A stretch of DNA of 64,000 nucleotides from Octopus bimaculoides (Eukaryota). Made by a program: the position numbers and the translations under genes. Every line of letters begins with the position of its first letter. Within the stretch, counting starts at the first letter, position 1. The notes under the pieces were generated by a model. It did no database searches, had not been told where the DNA came from, and saw only the letters and a list, made by a program, of their open reading frames with translations. Of this stretch, positions 25,569 through 37,972 are shown in pieces. Location of the stretch: assembly GCF_001194135.2 (NCBI RefSeq), contig NC_069006.1, positions 17,645,712 to 17,709,711 of the forward strand, given 5' to 3'.

Positions 25569-26193
25569 TTAATCCTTTAGCATTTAAACCAGCCATATCC
25601 AGCTCAAATGGAGGCGCAATGACCCAGTGGTTAGGGCAGCGGACTCGCAGTCATAGGATCGCAGTTTTGATTCCCAGACNNNNNNNNNNNNNNNNNNNNN
25701 NNNNNNNNNNNNNNNNNNNNNNNNNNNNNNNNNNNNNNNNNNNNNNNNNNNNNNNNNNNNNNNNNNNNNNNNNNNNNNNNNNNNNNNNNNNNNNNNNNNN
25801 NNNNNNNNNNNNNNNNNNNNNNNNNTGTGCCTGTAATTCAAAGGGTCGGCCTTGTCACACTGTGTCACGCTGAATATCCCCGAGAACTACGTTAAGGGTA
25901 CACGTGTCTGTGGAGTGCTCAGCCACTTGCACGTTAATTTCACTAGCAGGCTGTTCTGTTGATCGGATCAACTGGAACCCTCGACATCATAAGCGACGGA
26001 GTGCCAGCAAAAATCCAGCTCAAATACTCTACCTGTTTTATGTTTAAGTGTCCAGACTGGCCTCTCGCACATGCTCTATGATATTCTAAAAGTAAGCAAT
26101 CACTTCATCGAAATCTTGAAGCTATAAGACAATGCATGATTAATTCAAAATTATGTGAATAAATAAGCAATAGACAGGTTAATCTGAATGCTG
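25569..26193 (+). mobile_element. MITE-P (TTAA-flanked, piggyBac-like TIR family) interrupted by SINE-C
   Basis: Starts TTAATCCTTTAGCATTTAAACC; the body resumes at 26026 and matches 39329-39549; right TIR truncated at AATCTGAATGCT. Confidence 0.75.
25610..26012 (+). mobile_element. SINE-C, tRNA-derived, with a 13-bp target-site duplication
   Basis: Head GGAGGCGCAATGACCCAGTGGTTAGGGCAGCGGACTCGCAGTCATAGGATCGCAGTTTTGATTCCC (A/B boxes); TSD ATCCAGCTCAAAT at 25597-25609 and 26013-26025; N-gap 25680-25824. Confidence 0.88.
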
Positions 26194-26634
26194 TAAAAAA
26201 AAAAAAAAAAAAAATAAGGGAAGGGTACATCGGATAATGTAGTCCTAGATATATGAGCATTCCCTATATTATGAAAGCATTACATTCTTGAAAATCTGCC
26301 ATGATGTGTAATTCTGCAATGCAAAACATTTACTCTGTTGACTTCCATGGATATCTGTGGAAAAACAAGTTTCATGTTACAGAATTCTGTGATAGAGCAA
26401 GATTTTCAGGACTGCATTCATTTGTGTGTGTGTGTGTGTGTGTGTACACACATATGAGGGGGTGCTGGAAAGTTCCTGGCTTTGGGTAAAAGAAAATACA
26501 GGAGGATCAGTTAGTTATGATTTTATTCAACATATTCTCCTCTTAGATTCACACACTCATTGCAGCGGTACTTCAGTTTTTCTAAGCCCTATACAAGAAC
26601 TCAGAAGGTTGGGCCTCCAACAAGGCCTTTCATG

Positions 26635-26825
26635 TAACTTAGTGGTTCACCAAAAGAGACCAATAATATAAGTACCAGGCTTCAAAAAGGAAAAAAAAAA
26701 TCCTTGCTTGATACACTTAACTAGAAATTCTCTCGTGGTGATGCCGTAGCATGGCCATACCCCAGCATGGTGATGCCCCAGCATGGCCGCAGTCTAATGA
26801 CTGAAACATGTAAAAGATAAAAGAT
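26635..26825 (+). mobile_element. SINE-A 3' part
   Basis: GTAACTTAGTGGTTCACCAAAAGAGACC...CCCCAGCATGGCCGCAGTCTAATGACTGAAACATGTAAAAGATAAAAGA; contains a local duplication of the GCCCCAGCATGG motif. Confidence 0.8.
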
Positions 26826-27321
26826 GTCATTATGTGGCTTTTACATTCACACACACATACACACATGTGTATGTGTAAAAGTAGAAGATGCTTCAGATCA
26901 TACTGTGCGCATACTCCTACATGATCCCTTTAATGGCTGGCCCTGTATACAAGATGGGATGATCGCAGCTGGTTCACTTTGAACATGGGTAAGTCAGCTG
27001 GAACAGTTCTGGCCCGTGGTGAAACAACAGCAACAGCATCAATAATCAATCTAGTTGTAGAGTAGATTTGTTGTATGAATAAATATTTGAACTGCACAGA
27101 TTGACATGATCTATTGAATTAATATGTATTACGTATTTCCTTGCTGATCTCATCTGTTGAAAACTTTAGACTTTGGTGGTATATTGCTGATATCAGAAAA
27201 GTCAGTAATTATAGGACTACGTAGCTACAGAGAGAGTTTGGATAGTCTTCAAACTTTTTGCAGCTATGTTATTTTGGTACAAGTTAATTGCTTAATTTCC
27301 TATCTTAGGTATTACAGTTTC

Positions 27322-27359
<38 letters not shown>

Positions 27360-27684
27360 ANNNNNNNNNNNNNNNNNNNNNNNNNNNNNNNNNNNNNNNN
27401 NNNNNNNNNNNNNNNNNNACACACACACACACACACACACACACAGATTTAATCTTGTGTTAGTTATTTTAGAACATATTTTTTTTACCAAGCATATGTG
27501 TGTGTGTAGTTTCCATAAATTGTTTGTCAGTAAGTGATTCATATATAAACTCTGTGTTGTATAGAGGGCTTACAGCACATGCATGCACACACACACACCC
27601 TCCCTCTCACCTGATCTATTGCAACAGATTTGATGTACAGGGTAATTAACCCGTATCTGCCACCTAGGCTGCAGCTGTTGCCTG

Positions 27685-27728
<44 letters not shown>

Positions 27729-28249
27729 ACACTCTCATCTCATGCATAAATACAAAATATGCTCATACAGACACAAGGACATAAATTTGCTTACATACAA
27801 AACACATGTAAACACACAAAAACAAACATATACGCACACATAAACACAAGCAAGCAGACACAGTCACAAGCATACACACATACAGAGAGAAGCACAAACA
27901 CAGAAACACTGTGAGTTCCATGCTAAATGGTACCAAGTAGAGCATGACCAAAATTACAGTCATGGCAGTAACTGTACACATTGTGAAACATGTCAATATG
28001 TCTTTGTCTCTTTCATTTCTTGTAGAAACGAAGAGAAATGGGTTGTGGGTAGAGGTATATTGCATGTGAGAAGCTGGAGGGTGGGGCAATATGTAGTTCT
28101 GAAAGTATGTTTAGTCTGCCTAACTGAAGATCTCTGCTATATTCTTTACTTCATTCTTGGTTAAGTGGTTAAGCATCAGAAAGATAAATCAGTTGTTAAA
28201 CACCTGTGCAAATATAAGGAATAATTTTTCAGAAAATGAATTTGAAAAT

Positions 28250-28500
28250 TGTGCATCTCTGGAGATGATTTGGTTGAGTAAGATGGCACTTAGAAAAAAA
28301 AGCAAGCTGTGAATCTTGAACCCAAATGTAAAATTTCTTCTTCTGTATGGGTTGGAAGACAGAAATAAACCAAAGCAACACTGCAAAGGGTCCAAACTTT
28401 CATCAGTGAATATCTGAGGAGAGTTGAGGAGTCTGCTGGTTTTGATTGACACACTTACTCTCAATTAAGGCTCCAATTCAATTACCATGAGAAGTGGACC
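28250..28500 (+). pseudogene. Decayed RTE-like non-LTR retrotransposon ORF fragment
   Basis: Manual translation with a stop and a frameshift gives IWLSKMALRKKSKL*ILNPNVKFLLLYGLE... then RVQTFISEYLRRV, resembling the RTE post-RT pattern IW.S.......K.RIFN.NVK.VLLYG.ETW...K.Q.FIN.CLR.I (recalled). Confidence 0.5.
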
Positions 28501-28877
28501 TGAAGAAGCTGGTCACTCTTCTAGATGCCTAGCATCAAAGACTACATGGTAAGCATACATGAATGGCCTGTACTCTATTGAGAGGAGGAGAAGAAGAAGA
28601 AGAAGAAGAAGAAGAAGAAAAGAATATTTTAATTTGGCCACCCTCCCGGATGCTTCAGTGATTTTATGCGGGCACATCATCCCATGCATGTTCTTAATTC
28701 ATCAACATTTGCCATTGCACTGTCTTGAAGTAAGTTGCCCACATAGGTTTTCTTCGCCTGTTGATTCTTTCCTTCACCTGACTGCCATAAGACCAGTTGA
28801 CACACAGGTTCTTCTGAATAAAAGTGTTCTTTGAAAAGGAGGCAGGAAATCATTTATAAAAAGACTGGAAGGGAAAC

Positions 28878-29077
28878 TAAACCAGCCTTGTCAAGACCAA
28901 ATATTCTACTTCCTTTATGTTCAGCCTCCCACCCGTACCCTTCAATAAAATTCTAAAAAGTAAACTGATCATGTCATCGAAATCTTGAAGCTACAAAATA
29001 ATGCTTGATGAATTCAAAACAAGGTGGATAAATATGCATAACATTTGACAAGTGTAAACTGAATGTTAAAGGGTTAA
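28878..29077 (+). mobile_element. MITE-P lacking its left end
   Basis: Body matches the other copies; right terminus GAATGTTAAAGGGTTAA. Confidence 0.75.
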
Positions 29078-29210
29078 CAGGCTGTTGTAATATGTTAATT
29101 CTTACATATTGGTTTAACAGGTTGTTTTAATATGCTAACTCCTACATCCTGGTTTAACAGACCTAACTCCGATATATTGGTTTAACAAGCTGTTTTAATA
29201 CCCTAACTTT
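29072..29210. repeat. 40-bp minisatellite, about 3.5 units
   Basis: Unit GGTTTAACAGG(C/T)TGTTTTAATATGCTAACTCCTACAT(A/C)(T/C)T starts at 29072, 29111, 29151 (short) and 29179. Confidence 0.8.
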
Positions 29211-29839
29211 TGTTTGCAGTGAAAGAACTTGTACAACTTGTCAGCAGGTGTAGGTATAGCAGAGCTCTACACAAGGTGCCATTTCAGTATCCCTTTTATT
29301 TTATAAGCCAGTGTTTAGCCTACAGTCAGGTCTGGTTGACTAGATTTATCATCAAAGACATTCCTACCATGACTATCTGTTGGTACATGTAGGATTACAT
29401 TATCCAATGTTTTTTGTTGTTCTTTTTTAACAATAATGGAATGTAGTTTGAGTAGTATTTGATAACTATTTCTAACAGGCTAAGTGACCACGTAGAGACG
29501 TCTTTGTTAATTTGAACAGCAAACTTTAGATTATCTAGTAGAAGCTACAAGTTCTTTTATATGAAAGATGTCATTTAGGCCTCTAGGTTCCTGGTGGTGA
29601 TAATGAATATCATCATCCTCATTTACCTACCACCCCGACCAATATCAGCATCATTATTGTCACCACTATCATTATCAGCCTCATTCTTGTGTATGGTGTT
29701 TCATACTAGCATCAGTTTGTTGTGTTGAAGCTTCAGAACCAACCTCATGTCTGGAACCCCCCTTCCCATCACATTTTATTTTTCATTTTTTTATTTTTAT
29801 TTTTAAAATAAGAAAGACAAGAAAATTCTCCAGAAGCTT

Positions 29840-30236
29840 AGGTACAGGTTTGGCTGTGTGGTAAGAAGTTTGCTTTCCAAACATATGGTTCTGGGTTCAG
29901 TCCCACTGTGTGGCACTTTCAGTAAGTGCCTTCTACTATAACTCTGTGCCAACCGAAACCTTGTGAGTGTACTTGTTAAATAGAAACTGAAAGAAGCCTG
30001 CCATATATGTATATATCTGTGTATGTGCGTTTGTGTCTGTCTCCCCCATCCTCAATGCTTGACAGCCAGTGTTGGTCTGTTTATGTTCTCATAACTTAGC
30101 AGTTCAGCAAAAGTGACTCATGAAATAAGCATCAGGCTTTTAAAAAAAATGTACTGTGGTGGATTTGTTTGTCTAAAACCCTTCAAGGCAGTGCCCCAGC
30201 ATGGCCACCATCCAATGATAGAAACAAATAAGTAAA
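29840..30236 (+). mobile_element. SINE-A, full length, older copy
   Basis: GGTACAGGTTTGGCTGTGTGGTAAGAAG through CCCCAGCATGGCCACCATCCAATGATAGAAACAAATAAG. Confidence 0.9.
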
Positions 30237-30420
30237 GGGAACTTCTGTGTAGTTGATTGACCTGCTAGGTAGAAATAGCAACCAAATCTCCCTCAAATCA
30301 CAGTTTGATGTCCTCAAGAAGGATACTTTGGATGATGTAGTTCTAGTGATACAATATCAGGAGAACAGGACAGTCATAGCTGGACCAACTTTGATCAGAG
30401 CTGTCCTGGGTCTCCATTAC
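30237..30420 (+). mobile_element. Element D directly after SINE-A
   Basis: TTGACCTGCTAGGTAGAAATAGCAACCAAATCTCCCTCAAATCAC...GGATGATGTAGTTCTAG...CAGTCATAGCTGGACCAACTTTGATCAG. Confidence 0.7.
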
Positions 30421-30639
30421 CCCAAAACTAAAAAGAGAAACTATGGTGTGATGTTCTGACAGTATGTAATAATAGGTCGAAACTCTGTGTGTGTGTGTGT
30501 GTGGGGGTCTGTCTGTCTGTCTGTCTCAATCATCTAGACTCTTCCAGAAGCATAAATAAAATGGTGTGGCAGTGGCAATAGAGAAAGAAGTTTTAATGGT
30601 TTTAATGATACTGTTCTCTAATTGCTTCTTACCAAGTCT

Positions 30640-30836
30640 TTCGTTTTTATTGTTGTCACCCGCCGCCACCACCACCACTGCCGCCGCCACCTTCAACATC
30701 ATCATCGTTTCACCACCGTTTCCATTATTGTCTCCACCATTACCATCATTACCATTATTGTCATCACTATCATCATCATGTTATCACCACCACCACCAAC
30801 ACCACCATTCCTGTCATCATCTTCATCATCTTCATC

Positions 30837-30874
<38 letters not shown>

Positions 30875-31130
30875 TGCAGTTTCACCACCATCATAATTAT
30901 TGTCTCCACAATCATTGTCTCCATCATCACCATCATCATGTTATCATCACCATTTTCATCATCATCATCATCATCACCAGTACCAAAGCAACAATCAGTT
31001 TTAACCATGATGTCTGCAATGCTAATAATGGTGATGGTGATTATTGTAATGTTACCAAAACCATTGTCCAGTGAACCAGTTATTATCCTGTCTTCAGTAT
31101 TGGGAGACCATCATCATCACCAAACACGTC
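30640..31130. repeat. Degenerate (CAT/CAC)n tract
   Basis: Mixed CAT, CAC and CTT triplets; source of the poly-His and poly-Ser ORFs. Confidence 0.9.
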
Positions 31131-32023
31131 ACCATATTTTCCCTGTTCTTCTCTCCATCTCTCTGTCTCTCCATAGAATCTTTACCACCTCCTGCCCCTA
31201 CATATAGCCACTACTGTCATCTATCACAGAAAGACAGACAGACAGACATCATTTGTCTGTTCTTACTACTTACACAAGCACACACCAGAGGGAAGACAAC
31301 AGCCGATGTTTCAGTGTGATTACAGTCTGTAGTCTATTCCATTCCGTTCTATTGTGGGGGTCTGGTCTTCCTATGCTTTGTTTCTTGTTGTTGTAACCAT
31401 ATTGCAAGTAATTTTATAGCTGTGCTTGTTAGTCTACTAAACTAGTTACTGAATAAACTTAACTGACCTTTTATGGTAGTGCCTAGCTTTTATTATTATT
31501 TTTTTTTCTTTTAATTAAATTACTAACAACAAACAGTAACAAAACAAAAAGAAACCTTAGTGGAAATTTAGAATTATCATGAAACTATTGCTTCATCTTT
31601 TATGGGAAAGTGTGTGTGTGTGTGTGCACATGTATGTATTTTACATACACCCCCGTGTGTATGTGTATATTCAACGCATTTACATTTATTGATTTATTGT
31701 GCAGTTTAAGGAAAATCTGTTTAGCATTACTAGCATCAATTGTTGTTGCTAACTCCTCACATCATTCACATCAATCTGATGTTGTTGTTGTTGTGCTACA
31801 GAAAAAACAAACTCTCGTTTCATTCTTACATGTTTAATACTCTTCTGCCTCTGTTCTCTCTCTGTTGCTAACTCAATCCTTTACTGTTGCTAACACACAT
31901 TCAATGACTTCTTATACAAAACATTAGTGGAGACTTTTTAATCTTCTTCTTCTTCTTCTTCTTCTTCTTCTTCTTCTTCTTCTTTTTTCTTCTTCTTCTT
32001 CTCCTCCTTCTCTTATTATTATT

Positions 32024-32171
32024 AAGGTGGTGAGCTGGCAGAATCGTTAGCAAGCCAGGCAAAATGCTTAGCAGCATTTCATCCATCTTTATGTTCTGAG
32101 CTCAAATTCCGCTCAGTTCAGCTTTATCTTTAATCCTTTAGGGGTTGATAAAATAAGTACCAGTTGAGCAC
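32024..32171 (+). mobile_element. SINE-B, 3'-truncated, preceded by (ATT)n
   Basis: TTATTATTATT-AAGGTGGTGAGCTGGCAGAATCGTTAGC...GATAAAATAAGTACCAGTTGAGCAC. Confidence 0.85.
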
Positions 32172-33396
32172 ACAGCCATCATTCTGATGAATCTATGTGT
32201 TATTGGGAGTTCTTGGTAGTTGCATTACTTTTCCCCTGTTGCCAATCTCCAGTAAGGACCAGTATTGAATGAACAGCCCTCATGTATGTGTGAGAGAGAG
32301 ACAAAAGAGGGGGACACACACACACACACACACATATAAGAGATAATTCAGAGTAAATTCTATTTTATCAAGAAATTTATCCTTGGAGTCCTTGGAAATA
32401 TTGTTTCCCAGGATTCAAAAGGTGAAACCATAGTCAAACATATTTTACTCTACTTCCAGTACTGAATACTTTTTAACCATTGTCCTCTATTTATACATAC
32501 ATGCACATACACACACACAATACATTCATGTACATACATGTGTGTGTGTGTGTGCATTTGAGGCTTTCTTATTATTCACTTTGCAGTTGTTAATGCTTCA
32601 TTGCAGTTGTGTTATCATAGATGCGTGTTTATAACTTTGATTATTTCAACAGGCTCTATTATGGCCATCGTCATCAACATCATGATCCTTATCACTACCA
32701 CCACCACCACCACTACCACTACCACCATCACCATCTTTCTTATCATTATTATTATTGTTATTATCACCATCATCTTCTATACCTGTCGGTGTTGTTATAG
32801 ATTGAGTGGTTCCAAGTGACAGTTATTGTACAGTGAGCAATACAGATATTTTGATTGCCATGTCAAAAGTTTTCTCTCTTTCTTTCTGTTTTTCCACGTT
32901 TGTGATTTTATTGATTTCCGCTTGCTTTCTTGTCAAATAAACTCTCTGGCCTGGTTATTGTGCCAGGGTATAGTGTTCAATCCCTTGGTTAAGTTCTTTT
33001 TTATCTTTTCTTTTGTTTTCCCTCCATCTTAAATTTTTTTTTCCACTCATTCTTGTCTTTTCTATATCATATTTCTTTCATTGAAAAACTGTGGTGATGT
33101 AGACACCCCCCCCTCTCTCTCCCCTCTCTCTCTCNNNNNNNNNNNNNNNNNNNNNNNNNNNNNNNNNNNNNNNNNNNNNNNNNNNNNNNNNNNNNNNNNN
33201 NNNNNNNNNNNNNNNNNNNNNNNNNNNNNNNNNNNNNNNNNNNNNNNNNNNNNNNNNNNNNNNNNNNNNNNNNNNNNNNNNNNNNNNNNNNNNNNNNNNN
33301 NNNNNNNNNNNNNNNNNNNNNNNNNNNNNNNNNNNNNNNNNNNNNNNNNNNNNNNNNNNNNNNNNNNNNNNNNNNNNNNNNNNNNNNNNNNNNNNN

Positions 33397-33434
<38 letters not shown>

Positions 33435-33634
33435 AATAGATTGATAGAAAGATAGATAGATAAGATTAGATAGATAAGATTAGATAGATATATATAATAT
33501 AAAGGTAAGATCCAAGAGTCGAGGTGTAGGAAGAAAGCAAGCTTCAAGCAATCTGTAGAAAGTTGTTTTCATACATTTTCTATATATATGAATGATAATG
33601 GACTAATGGACTTGCCTGTTGAATTTAGCATGAA

Positions 33635-33760
33635 TGTCTAGTTGTTTGATCAAGTGGACAGCCTATTCATTGAATCAGTGTGTGAAGTGGCCGAGTATTC
33701 CATAAACACATGCACCTTTAATATTCTCAGAAGCAGGGCGATGTTAAGTGACTACTGGTT
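33635..33760 (-). mobile_element. SINE-C 3' fragment, decayed
   Basis: GATCAAGTGGACAGCCT...GTGGCCGAGTATTCCATAAACACATGCACCTTTAAT is the reverse complement of the C tail at about 25880-25975. Confidence 0.6.
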
Positions 33761-33789
33761 ACAAGTACAGTCCATTTGATGAACTTCAA

Positions 33790-34230
33790 AACACTTCTCG
33801 TCTACCAAATTTCATTCCATCCATGGTTATAGTATACATGTTTGCTCAAAATGTCACACTGAGAAATTGAACTTGAAATCTCATGGTCGTGAAGTGAACT
33901 AACCTCTTAACCACTCAGATGGTAACTTAGGAAATGTGTCTTCTATAGCCCCAGGCCAACCAATTGAAAGAAGACCATTGTATATGTATGCGAGTATGTG
34001 TGTGTATCTTTGTTTTCTTTAGGTTTGTGATTGCTTAAACAATAGGTTCAATGGCTAATGATTTCAGATGGACTGGTATCGAAAAGCTTATGTCTACAAT
34101 CCAAGAACCGGAACAGTCCCTCTGGCGTGCTTTGGTCAACCTGACATGGTAGAAGACACTAGCCTATGGTTTCACACTCTGGCATTGAACTCAAAACCAT
34201 ATAGTTCCACAAAACTATGCCTCCACCCAT
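33790..34230. mobile_element. Cluster of decayed SINE-A fragments in both orientations
   Basis: Minus fragment at about 33790-33918, plus fragment at about 33920-33990, minus fragment at about 34125-34230. Confidence 0.5.
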
Positions 34231-34248
34231 GAAACTAAAAGCTTTCAC

Positions 34249-34477
34249 TTCACCCTTCAGCGTTTAAACAAACCATATTTGCCTCAAATATTCTACCTGC
34301 CTTATATTCAAACCAACCAGGTCCAGCTTCTCACACTGGCCTTGCAATGTAATTCTAAAAATATACTGTCACATCATTGAAATCTTGACATTATGAGATG
34401 CATGATTAATTTAATTAAAGCCATTGTTAATAAATAAGCATTACATTTGACAGAGAAATCTGAATGCTAAAGGGTTA
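34249..34477 (+). mobile_element. MITE-P, complete
   Basis: TTCACCCTTCAGCGTTTAAAC...AATCTGAATGCTAAAGGGTTA. Confidence 0.8.
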
Positions 34478-35039
34478 CACTTCATATGTGACTGGCAGAA
34501 ACATCAAGTTAAAAAGACGTTCCAGAGGTCATTCATCGGGTGAGAAAATATAGATAAATGAAGGATATGGCTCTAGAAAATGTTGATGGTTTTCATCCCA
34601 TGATGGCAATATGGTCATTATCTCTAGGTTTGTTATTCAGCTATGGAGATAATTACATTATTTCTCAAACTAGTAAACATGAAAGAATTTCCAAATGATT
34701 CAAAACTACTTTGTTAGAGTAAAATTTGTGACTATTTACAACATTTTTTATTGTGCTCTACTCTCCAATGCTTCACATAGAAACAATTTCATTAGTAGTC
34801 ACTATTAATTACAATTTTCGAAGGCTAATATAAAAACAACCCTTGTTAATTATACTACTTCAATTATTTCATTTATTAATTTTTGTTGATACATTATATG
34901 TCAGTTTAATTAGGAAATGAACCCTGAGTACCTCTGAGTTTCAGTTATTTTTTTCATGTGATCAGGCCCACCGTCATCATCTTTTAATGTCCATCTACTA
35001 TGCCAACATAGGTTGGATGGTTTGACAAGACTCAATAGG

Positions 35040-35366
35040 CCTGAGGTTCGTATTGTTCTCCAATGCATGGCATCTTGAGTCTTCTACTATAAGGCTCCGG
35101 CCAACCAAAGCCTTCTGAGAAAATTTGGTAGGTGGAAACTGTAAGAAGCCCAGCATGTGTGTCCGTGCCTTTGTGCTTGTCTCACCATCACTTGACAACC
35201 AATGTTGGTTTGTTAATATCCTTGTAACTTAGTAGCTTGGCAAAAGCAACTGATAGAATAAGTACCAGACTTAGACATAAAATGAGTATTTGTTGGACTA
35301 AACCCTTCAAGGCAGTGCCCCAGTATGGCCACAGTCAAATGATTTAAACAAGGAAAAGATAAAAAG
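35040..35366 (+). mobile_element. SINE-A, decayed head
   Basis: GTCTTCTACTATA...CCAACCAAAGCC...GGAAACTGTAAGAAGCCC...GCCCCAGTATGGCCACAGTCAAATGA. Confidence 0.8.
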
Positions 35367-35384
35367 GTGTGTGTGTGTGATGTG

Positions 35385-35585
35385 TAACCATCCCAGAACA
35401 AACCATGCTGGTGCTATGTAAAAAAACACCCAGTCCACTGTTGGCACTAGGAAGGTCATCCAGCCATAAAAACCATGCCAAAAGAGACAGTAAAGCCTGG
35501 TGCAGTCCTCTGGATTGCCAGTGCCTGTCAGACTGTCTAACCCATGCCAGCATGGAAAATGGACGTTAAATGAAGATGATGATGA
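35385..35585 (+). mobile_element. RTE-like LINE 3' UTR (5'-truncated copy) with (GAT)n tail
   Basis: GGTGCTATGTAAAAAAACACCCAG...AGGAAGGTCATCCAGCCATAAAAACCATGCC...CTAACCCATGCCAGCATGGAAAATGGACGTTAAATGAAGATGATGATG. Confidence 0.75.
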
Positions 35586-35860
35586 TACACATATTGGCTG
35601 CCATATTGTTTCCAGCTATAGTCTTTACAGTCAAAGGCATATCAAAATAGGATTGAACTTGAAACTATATGATTCGTAAGCAAATCTTTGTGTGTACATG
35701 TGAGCATGTGCGCATACATGTATGTATATATACATATGTAACCGTACGTGTGTGTATGTTTATATTTATATTTGTGTACATGCATACAATACCAATTTTA
35801 TACACACACACACACACACTTCACCACTTTCACATAGGTGCATGTGTAATAAATAATGCG

Positions 35861-35906
<46 letters not shown>

Positions 35907-36360
35907 TATGTATTTATGTGTATGCTCACATACGTATATAAATTATATAAATATACTCACATACCCACCCACAGGTTTCACACATAGCTGTGTATGTTTG
36001 TGTGTATTCAGGCTCTACGAAGGATTGCCTTTGAAACACTTGTGTTTTTTCTTTATAGTTTGACTTTGATCTTTACAAATTTGGTTTTAGTCATCTTAGC
36101 TTTATTTTATCTACTTTATGGTATTTTTAAAAAAAAGAAAAAGAAGAAAAACCTACAACTTTTTCCTTTATTTCAAGGGAAAAAGGAGAAGAAAAAAGAA
36201 AAAGTGAATCAGTGAAGAGAGAAGAAAAAGTGGAAAAGAATCAGAGACTTTGAAGCTTTCTGTATGGAATGATCTAGAAGCTTCTTTGAATAACAGCTTC
36301 TATATTCTCTGATGATAGATTCCTAATGCCTTTAACCCAACTCTCTTACATACTACCCCA

Positions 36361-36442
36361 CTCTCCCTCTCTCTCTGTCTCTCCCTCTCTCTCTGTCTCT
36401 CCCTCTCTCTCTGTCTCTCCCTCTCTCTCTGTCTCTCCCTCT
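36361..36442. repeat. 18-bp CT-rich tandem repeat
   Basis: CTCTCCCTCTCTCTCTGT about 4.5 times, next to (CT)n, (TA)n and (TG)n. Confidence 0.85.
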
Positions 36443-36452
36443 NNNNNNNNNN

Positions 36453-36491
<39 letters not shown>

Positions 36492-36496
36492 ATATG

Positions 36497-36530
<34 letters not shown>

Positions 36531-36613
36531 CATATATACACACAACTCGCCACTGCTACTTCCTCAATTATATTTTCTGGTATTGCCTTTATTATAGTGT
36601 GGCTGTATATGTG

Positions 36614-36647
<34 letters not shown>

Positions 36648-37972
36648 GCAGACAGATAGATAGATAGATATGCATACATTGTATCTCACTCACATCCACA
36701 CACACACACACACACACACACACATAAATGTTTATATTTAATTATCTGCTTAACATATATTGATATGGATATACAAAATAAAGAAGAAAACATTCTCAAC
36801 TTGTTTATTCTTTGATTCAGAGTTGAGGATTCTGAGTGTTGCTAATCTGAGTTTTACCTTCTGCACACATACACTCAACCACACGCACACACAAATGCAT
36901 ATCTGTTAATGTGTCTGTTTTACTTAGAAGTTACAAAACAGTCAGAATTGTATATAGATTGTTATTCTGCTTTTCAATGCTGAATGTTTCTGTAGCATTA
37001 CTTCAGACCTGTACGCCCACTAGATGCCTCCATCAAGTTCTCTAGTGTTTATAATCCTGCTGTAATAGGTACACTTTACTACTTGTTCTGTCTTTCCATT
37101 ATCTCCCATTTCCTTGGATGGTCACTCAATTCTGATGTTATGGATCGGAACTGTTTGGGATTTCTCCCGATTATCTCTCTTTTCTTTGGACAGTTGCTCA
37201 ATTCTGCTCTTAGCAATGTTTCAATCTGTCCATCTGCTTCCAAGTCCTTCATGTTTTCAATTCATTAAAACCATATTTCTTTTAGAATCAGTTCCATAAA
37301 TAACAGAGGAACACTATTCATTGAAAAGCTTTTGTACATTAGTTTTCCTTTCATATTTAAAAGATGATTTCTTTTGTGTAATTTTCACTGTCATGCGTTT
37401 CAAATATTTCTTTATTAATTTCTTGACGTGTCAATAACGGGAACTGCTTTTCTATTCAGTTCAAAAAAAAAAAAAAAAAAAAAAGCAAAACCCATATTTC
37501 AATATTTCATTTGTCGCTACAAATTTCCATCAATAACTTTCAAATATTTGTTTTATTTCTTTAAGTGTCAGTCACGTAAGTAGTAACAGAAACATTTGTT
37601 GGCTGTTCATGTGTTGGAAGCCAGAACAATCTTTATGTCAATGCTCAAGGTTGAGAAAAAAAAACCCAAAAAACCCCCAAAAAAACCTTATGAGCATTGT
37701 TTACTGTGAAATCTTTTCTCTGAGAATTGTTTGCCTGTTTTACCAGAGGTAACAAGACAAGGAATATAAATATTGTTTCAAACTATAGAGATTTATGCAG
37801 AATCAACTCTGATTCCTTTCCAAGGAATTATCTGCCATATATGTTGTCTGATTCCTTACCAACACTGGGTGTCCTGAATATATGTACACACACACACATG
37901 TGCATGTATACATAGAGGCTTTACTGGCTAAAGCAGGCTACAAGAACAGAAACATGCATTCGTACTTTTCCC

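Noticed and set aside
25610-25679. Possible tRNA gene (also 14359-14420 and SINE-A heads)
   Set aside because: A/B boxes are present but the acceptor stem and cloverleaf do not close, and the sequence continues into SINE bodies; the 25610 copy has a TSD.
28026-28103. Candidate internal exon (pyrimidine-rich acceptor, GTATGT donor, NEEKWVVGRGILHVRSWRVGQYVVLK)
   Set aside because: No recognisable homology or partner exons; such sites arise often by chance. Only RNA-seq could rescue it.
29219-29246. Candidate micro-exon after CTAAC...TTTGCAG encoding ERTCTTCQQ
   Set aside because: The donor is weak (GTGTAG) and the acceptor overlaps a minisatellite unit.
30566-31319. Poly-His, poly-Ser and poly-Ile ORFs (also 32601-32819, 50313-50616, 53417-53833)
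   Set aside because: Translations of degenerate trinucleotide microsatellites; no splice or domain evidence.
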